Of a stretch of 64,000 nt of DNA, positions 59,671 through 64,000 are shown piece by piece. The position numbers and the translations under genes are program-made. Under the pieces are notes generated by a model. The model did not search any database. It worked only from the letters and a program-made list of their open reading frames with translations, and was not told where the DNA came from. Source of the DNA: Minutocellus sp. GHC0000111 (taxonomy: Eukaryota); contig OZ361256.1 in assembly GCA_977018835.1 (NCBI GenBank), positions 3,596,001 to 3,660,000 of the forward strand, read 5' to 3'. Position 1 is the first letter of the stretch. Every line of letters begins with the position of its first letter.

Positions 59671-61227
59671 CTATTCAGGGCAAAATTGACAGCATAGTGC
59701 TGCCTTTGCTTTAAAGCCGACGCCGGTGCAGACGCAGGAGGGACAGCACGTGGTGCAGCAGGCAGGCTCTGTCGCCATACCGCACTGCTGATAGTTGCAC
59801 GAATCACAATCCAATGACGGCATCATGGATGGCTCGACTGATGGCACATACGACGGTTCCAGCGATGGCTTTGACGACGGCATGTCGCTCGGAACGTCGC
59901 TGGGTACGTCGCTCGGCTCCACCGTCGGTCCCAAGCTGGGCTCTCTGCTCGGTTCAGATGACGGCAACGAGCTTGGCTCGCTACTTGGCGATGACGACGG
60001 TGATGAGCTGGGCTCGCTACTTGGCGATGACGACGGTGATGAGCTTGGCTCGCTACTTGGCGATGACGACGGCAACGAGCTGGGTTCACTACTTGGCGAT
60101 GACGATGGAGACAAGCTGGGCGATGCCGATGGAGACAAGCTGGGCGATGCCGATGGAGACGAGCTGGGGTCATTGCTCGGCTGAGACGATGGCTTACTCG
60201 ACGGTGAGGGGGTAGGTCTAAATGTCGGAGAAGCAGTTGGAGACGAGGAAGGAAGCGAAGAGGAGGTCACCGATGGCTGACTCGAAGGGCGAGACGACGC
60301 ACGCAAGCTCGGAGCCATGGATGGGGATATATTTGGCTCATCAGTTGGGTAAGACGATGGAGACGAGCTGGGCAAGCTGCTCGGCGAAGACGACTGCATG
60401 TTGCTTGGTCCATATGACGGGGAGCTGCTAGGAAGAAACGAAGGTGTACCGCTCGGGGCCTCGGACGGCAAAGTCGATGGACTCGATGATTTGCTCTGGA
60501 GATTTCCCACAGAGCCAATTTCAACTCCATCTGCAACTGTGACGGAATTGACGGTATCATCATATGTTTCCTGACATGTTGTAGAACAGGTCGACCCAGT
60601 GTAGACAATATTTGTGTTGAGGTCAAGCAGATACGTCGCATTTGTGGTGTTTGTATCGGTGGTGTTTGTGTCGTTGAACTGAAGACGACGTCCTAATCCA
60701 TCAACACTACTTTCGCCAATAATCGTGGCAAAAGTACAGCAACTGACGATTGTGATCGACAGTGTTGGGTCTGCATTTGCTATTAGGTCAGCGCAGGTCA
60801 AGTCCTCGATATATCCTTTGGAATGAGCTTAACATTAATAGGAAGAGTGACTGTCCCTGCATATGCACCAAAGTCATAAAACTTGAACTCATCATCACCA
60901 TCTCCTCCTTGCGGGAAGTCAGCGAAACTGATGCATTCTACGGCATTGGTTTTTGAAAAACTTTTCGACCCGCCACTTATCGTGCTGGCAGACTTGGCGC
61001 TTTTACTACCGCTCTTGCCCTTCATGGACGAGCCGCCAATCGAGCTTTTCAATCGACTCCCAGAAGAAGCCCCAACGGACTTGGCACTTTTACTGTTGGA
61101 CTTGGAAGACCCGCCCAACTTGCGTAGGTACCGCCGCCTGACCTCATAGACATTGTCGTCAATGTCACCAGAAGACAAGGAGACGAAAAGAGTGGACGAC
61201 CACGGTAAAGGAGCTGGCAAAACGCAT
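59671..61227 (-). CDS. Secreted silaffin-like / Ser-Pro-rich cell-surface protein, two apparent frameshifts
   Basis: MRFASSFTVVV + TLFVSLSSG signal peptide (shift at ~61200). RYL/RKL followed by a KSAK/KGKSGSK Lys-Ser tract. Extra AT at ~60810. GRRL, PSSx repeats (36-bp units, ~59960-60110) and a Cys-rich tail. Confidence 0.65.
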
Positions 61228-61752
61228 TTTCGATCAGCAGCGGAACGGCAATGTAGAGGGTGGGATAGCTACGATGTTATCAGCAGTACTTGCATTTTAG
61301 CGATCACAGGAAGATACATACATGTAGTGCTTTGACTCTGTGTGTTTTGTTTTGCGTAACACAGAGCGTAACACAGTAAGCGGCGATGTTGAAAATATGT
61401 GTAGGCCAGGAATATTGGACATTGCTTACCCACGAATTACTTGTTGCTTTGATCCTGGCTGCGTGCGGTGCGTCAGTGGCGGCCGCGCCAAAACAGCGGG
61501 TTTGCGGGAACTGGATGTCTCATGCAAAATCGCTACCTATAAATGACTTGTTGCGCTGTCTAAATTTTGGCGGCACTGTCGGTGGAGGTGCCACCTCATC
61601 GGATGCCAAAGGCCTCACAGGGAAAAATTCGGTGGCTGCGGGAACACGTGGGAAGTACACAAGAGGCTCCATTTCTTAAAGCACAATCCGAAGGAGCGAG
61701 GATCACGATTTCGATGCCTGCGTAGCCAGCTACTACAGTTGGAGCGTCGACA

Positions 61753-62835
61753 ATGATCCTAGTAAAGATATCCCTCATCCTCCTCTTCACCCTCAGTGCT
61801 GCCGGCGCTACCAGCCCGCCTGCTTGTCGTAGCCAAGACAAACGTGACAATGCCCAACGATTCGAGCCTCAAGACGGCATCGACAGAGATTATGAAGTTA
61901 TCCATCCAACGGAATTCAGCATTTCGGATGACACTACATTTGGCATAGAGCTTGAGCTCACGTTGGGAGCCAACGTCACTATGGAGGGCATTGAGGCAGA
62001 AATCCGTGCAGCCGGCATTTCCAATGTTAAAGACATGACAAAGCAAACGCGTGGGTGGAAGCGATTTTATGACGGGTGGAAAATGGTACCAGACCCCTCG
62101 ATCTATTGTAAGCCTCTCTATGAGCCAGATTGTAGCAGATTTGAACTAGTTTCACCTGTGCTTCGTGGCAGGAGTGGTCTAGGAGAGGTGGCCAAGATCG
62201 CACATGGGCTTGGCAGCCTTCAGATCGAGGCTAATGAAAAAAATGGCTACCACCTTCACATCGATGTAAGCAACCTCACTTTGCCGCAACTTATCAAAGT
62301 ATGCCAGAACTTTGTCAAATATGAAAGAATCATGGATCGCTTCTTCCCATCGTCCCGCCGCACAGGTAGCAAAGGGAGTGATCGCCACTTCAACAGCAAT
62401 CGAACATCAGTTGCCGAGGACCGCCAGGGGGTTTCCAATCGCGAGATACAGGACATTCTTACTCGTTCTCAATCTGTTGCTGAACTTGCTGCTACCATGA
62501 ATCGTGGTGACCGTTCGAGGCATTACAAACGCAATCTCGAGAATTTGGTCTCTGGTAGGCAACCAACGATTGAATTTCGGCAACATGTCGCGGTAACAAG
62601 CTACCGTGATATATCGGCATGGATCTGCTTTTGCTCCAACTTTGTGTTTAATTCGGCAAGATTGAGACCGCCCTCTCCATTTGCTTCCTCAACTACCTTA
62701 GACAAGCGGTCCGATGCATTGTTTGACTACGTTATCAAGGACGAGGAACTACGCACCTTTTACCTCTTGCGTATTGAGCAAGAGGCAGCTGTTGCAGATG
62801 AGTGCGAAGCGGAGGATGAGACGCTCATTGCATGA
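61753..62835 (+). CDS. Putative amidoligase (COOH-NH2 ligase, Amidoligase_2-like) with signal peptide
   Basis: TFGIELEL, WKMVPDPSI, FELVSPVL, GYHLHID, TIEFRQH; hydrophobic N-terminus. Confidence 0.8.
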   Translation: MILVKISLILLFTLSAAGATSPPACRSQDKRDNAQRFEPQDGIDRDYEVIHPTEFSISDDTTFGIELELTLGANVTMEGIEAEIRAAGISNVKDMTKQTRGWKRFYDGWKMVPDPSIYCKPLYEPDCSRFELVSPVLRGRSGLGEVAKIAHGLGSLQIEANEKNGYHLHIDVSNLTLPQLIKVCQNFVKYERIMDRFFPSSRRTGSKGSDRHFNSNRTSVAEDRQGVSNREIQDILTRSQSVAELAATMNRGDRSRHYKRNLENLVSGRQPTIEFRQHVAVTSYRDISAWICFCSNFVFNSARLRPPSPFASSTTLDKRSDALFDYVIKDEELRTFYLLRIEQEAAVADECEAEDETLIA

Positions 62836-63065
62836 AGAAATCTGTTACAGTCAGGTTATTTTGGTTATGTACTAACATACACTAAACCATACTTAGGTCG
62901 TACTGCTCTAGCACGACGATACGACGATGCGCGGCAACTATTTACGCCGAGTTGCTAGATTTTCATCTGCATGCATTTTTCCTTGCAGCGAGAATGCGTA
63001 CATGTATCGCAAGCAACCCTGTACCACAGGGCACCTCTCCTAATCCCTCCTTGATCACATACACA

Positions 63066-64000
63066 TTATTCCTCAAGAAACGCGAGGAATTTCTCCAACT
63101 TGGATCGGCCAGACTTGGTGCACGAATCAAATGTCTCACTATGCTCACCAGTATCGAAGAACGACGTCTCGAGTTCCTCCGGCATCTTCTTTTGGTATGT
63201 TGCACAGCAGGCCGATCCCAGCCGTACAGGGCAAACATGCCTGCTGATCTCTCCTGGTCTCTTTTCGCTCACAAACAATTCTGTATATCCTCCATATCCG
63301 TGGCGGGAATACACATTGCCACAATTGAGGCACACCTCGTTGCTCCCGTGCATCCTATTGCACCCCACGCACCCCCTCTTGACCGGATCGGGCAGGTTGC
63401 TACCCGGAAAGGTCCGCTCGAGGTAGGCTCGGGCATCCTTCGCATCTTCAAGCCATGCTTCGATCTTGCCCAGACCGACCTGCACGGTTTCCAAATGCAG
63501 CCGGAATCGATTTAGAAAGTGCGGCAACGCGTCGTCGTGCAGCATCAACGCCGTCTCAAAGTAGGTCGGGTAGTCGGGAAACCCATCTTTCATGGGCACG
63601 GCAACGATGGACGCCAGCTCTTCCGGCACCATGGTTGGGATCCCTCTGATCGTTAGTTTCTCGTACGAAGCCGATACGTAGAACCTGGTCATGATCTTGG
63701 TCGTGGCCTGTTTGCCGGGCGCCGCCTCCAGGCATATGTATGGCACGGGCCGCGCGTCCACGAACCGATAAATCAATCGCGTGAAGAACTGTCTGCCATC
63801 CACGTCGACCGCGCGAGCAGTTCCGGTGGCACCCGTACACATTCTCTCGCGGCATCGTTGCCATATCTCCTCGTTGGTCGTGAGCAGGGCCCGGACCAGC
63901 CGCAGACTCAGGGCCAGGTCGTGACTTTCGGCCCCGGCGGCACCCGCATCCGCCGCCGCACCCTCGCTCGCATCTGCAAGGGCGGTTGCCGCCGCCTGCG
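63066..64000 (-). CDS. Hypothetical protein with a Cys/His cluster, 5' end beyond the window
   Basis: Frame stays open upstream of 63842 to the window edge; CVGC...CLNCG...RH...HVC motif. Confidence 0.55.
   Translation of the reverse strand, partial: QAAATALADASEGAAADAGAAGAESHDLALSLRLVRALLTTNEEIWQRCRERMCTGATGTARAVDVDGRQFFTRLIYRFVDARPVPYICLEAAPGKQATTKIMTRFYVSASYEKLTIRGIPTMVPEELASIVAVPMKDGFPDYPTYFETALMLHDDALPHFLNRFRLHLETVQVGLGKIEAWLEDAKDARAYLERTFPGSNLPDPVKRGCVGCNRMHGSNEVCLNCGNVYSRHGYGGYTELFVSEKRPGEISRHVCPVRLGSACCATYQKKMPEELETSFFDTGEHSETFDSCTKSGRSKLEKFLAFLEE

Noticed and set aside
1..64000. Prokaryotic operon or defence island; rRNA or tRNA genes
   Set aside because: Bacterial-type domains are interleaved with intron-containing genes and carry eukaryotic targeting signals; no rRNA or tRNA signature was recognised by eye.

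Overview
Eukaryotic nuclear DNA, most likely from a diatom. The evidence is short GT-AG introns, a light-dependent POR with a signal peptide plus an AF cleavage motif, RXL/KxxK-type secreted proteins and TTAGGG-type repeats. The first ~34.5 kb is mostly intact, gene-dense sequence. It holds a very large DUF1800-DUF1501 fusion running off the left edge, a 5'-incomplete Mpv17/PMP22, ELM2-SANT-PHD, a MARVEL-like membrane protein, GCS-H, RsmE, a GH81 glucanase, POR, GlcG/HbpS, GH3, a Trs65-like protein, a sulfotransferase, GT8 and TEX10/Ipi1. From ~34.6 kb the region looks more accessory and degenerate. It holds a puuE pseudogene, Ser/Pro-rich secreted proteins, DNA ligase I and three paralogous U-box+Sel1 E3 ligase genes, two with a small tail-anchored partner gene. 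One ligase copy is split by a 2,029-bp hAT transposon with an 8-bp target-site duplication. Further right are ankyrin, 2OG-oxygenase, PhyH, silaffin-like and signal-peptide amidoligase genes. The most interesting signals are an in-frame TGA in GlcG with a weak SECIS-like hairpin and a C-terminal SRL, the U-box/Sel1 module array, recurring CCTAGG/GGTACC palindromes upstream of genes, and many single-base lesions (assembly error or real decay). Family calls come from motif recognition only; no database searches were run.
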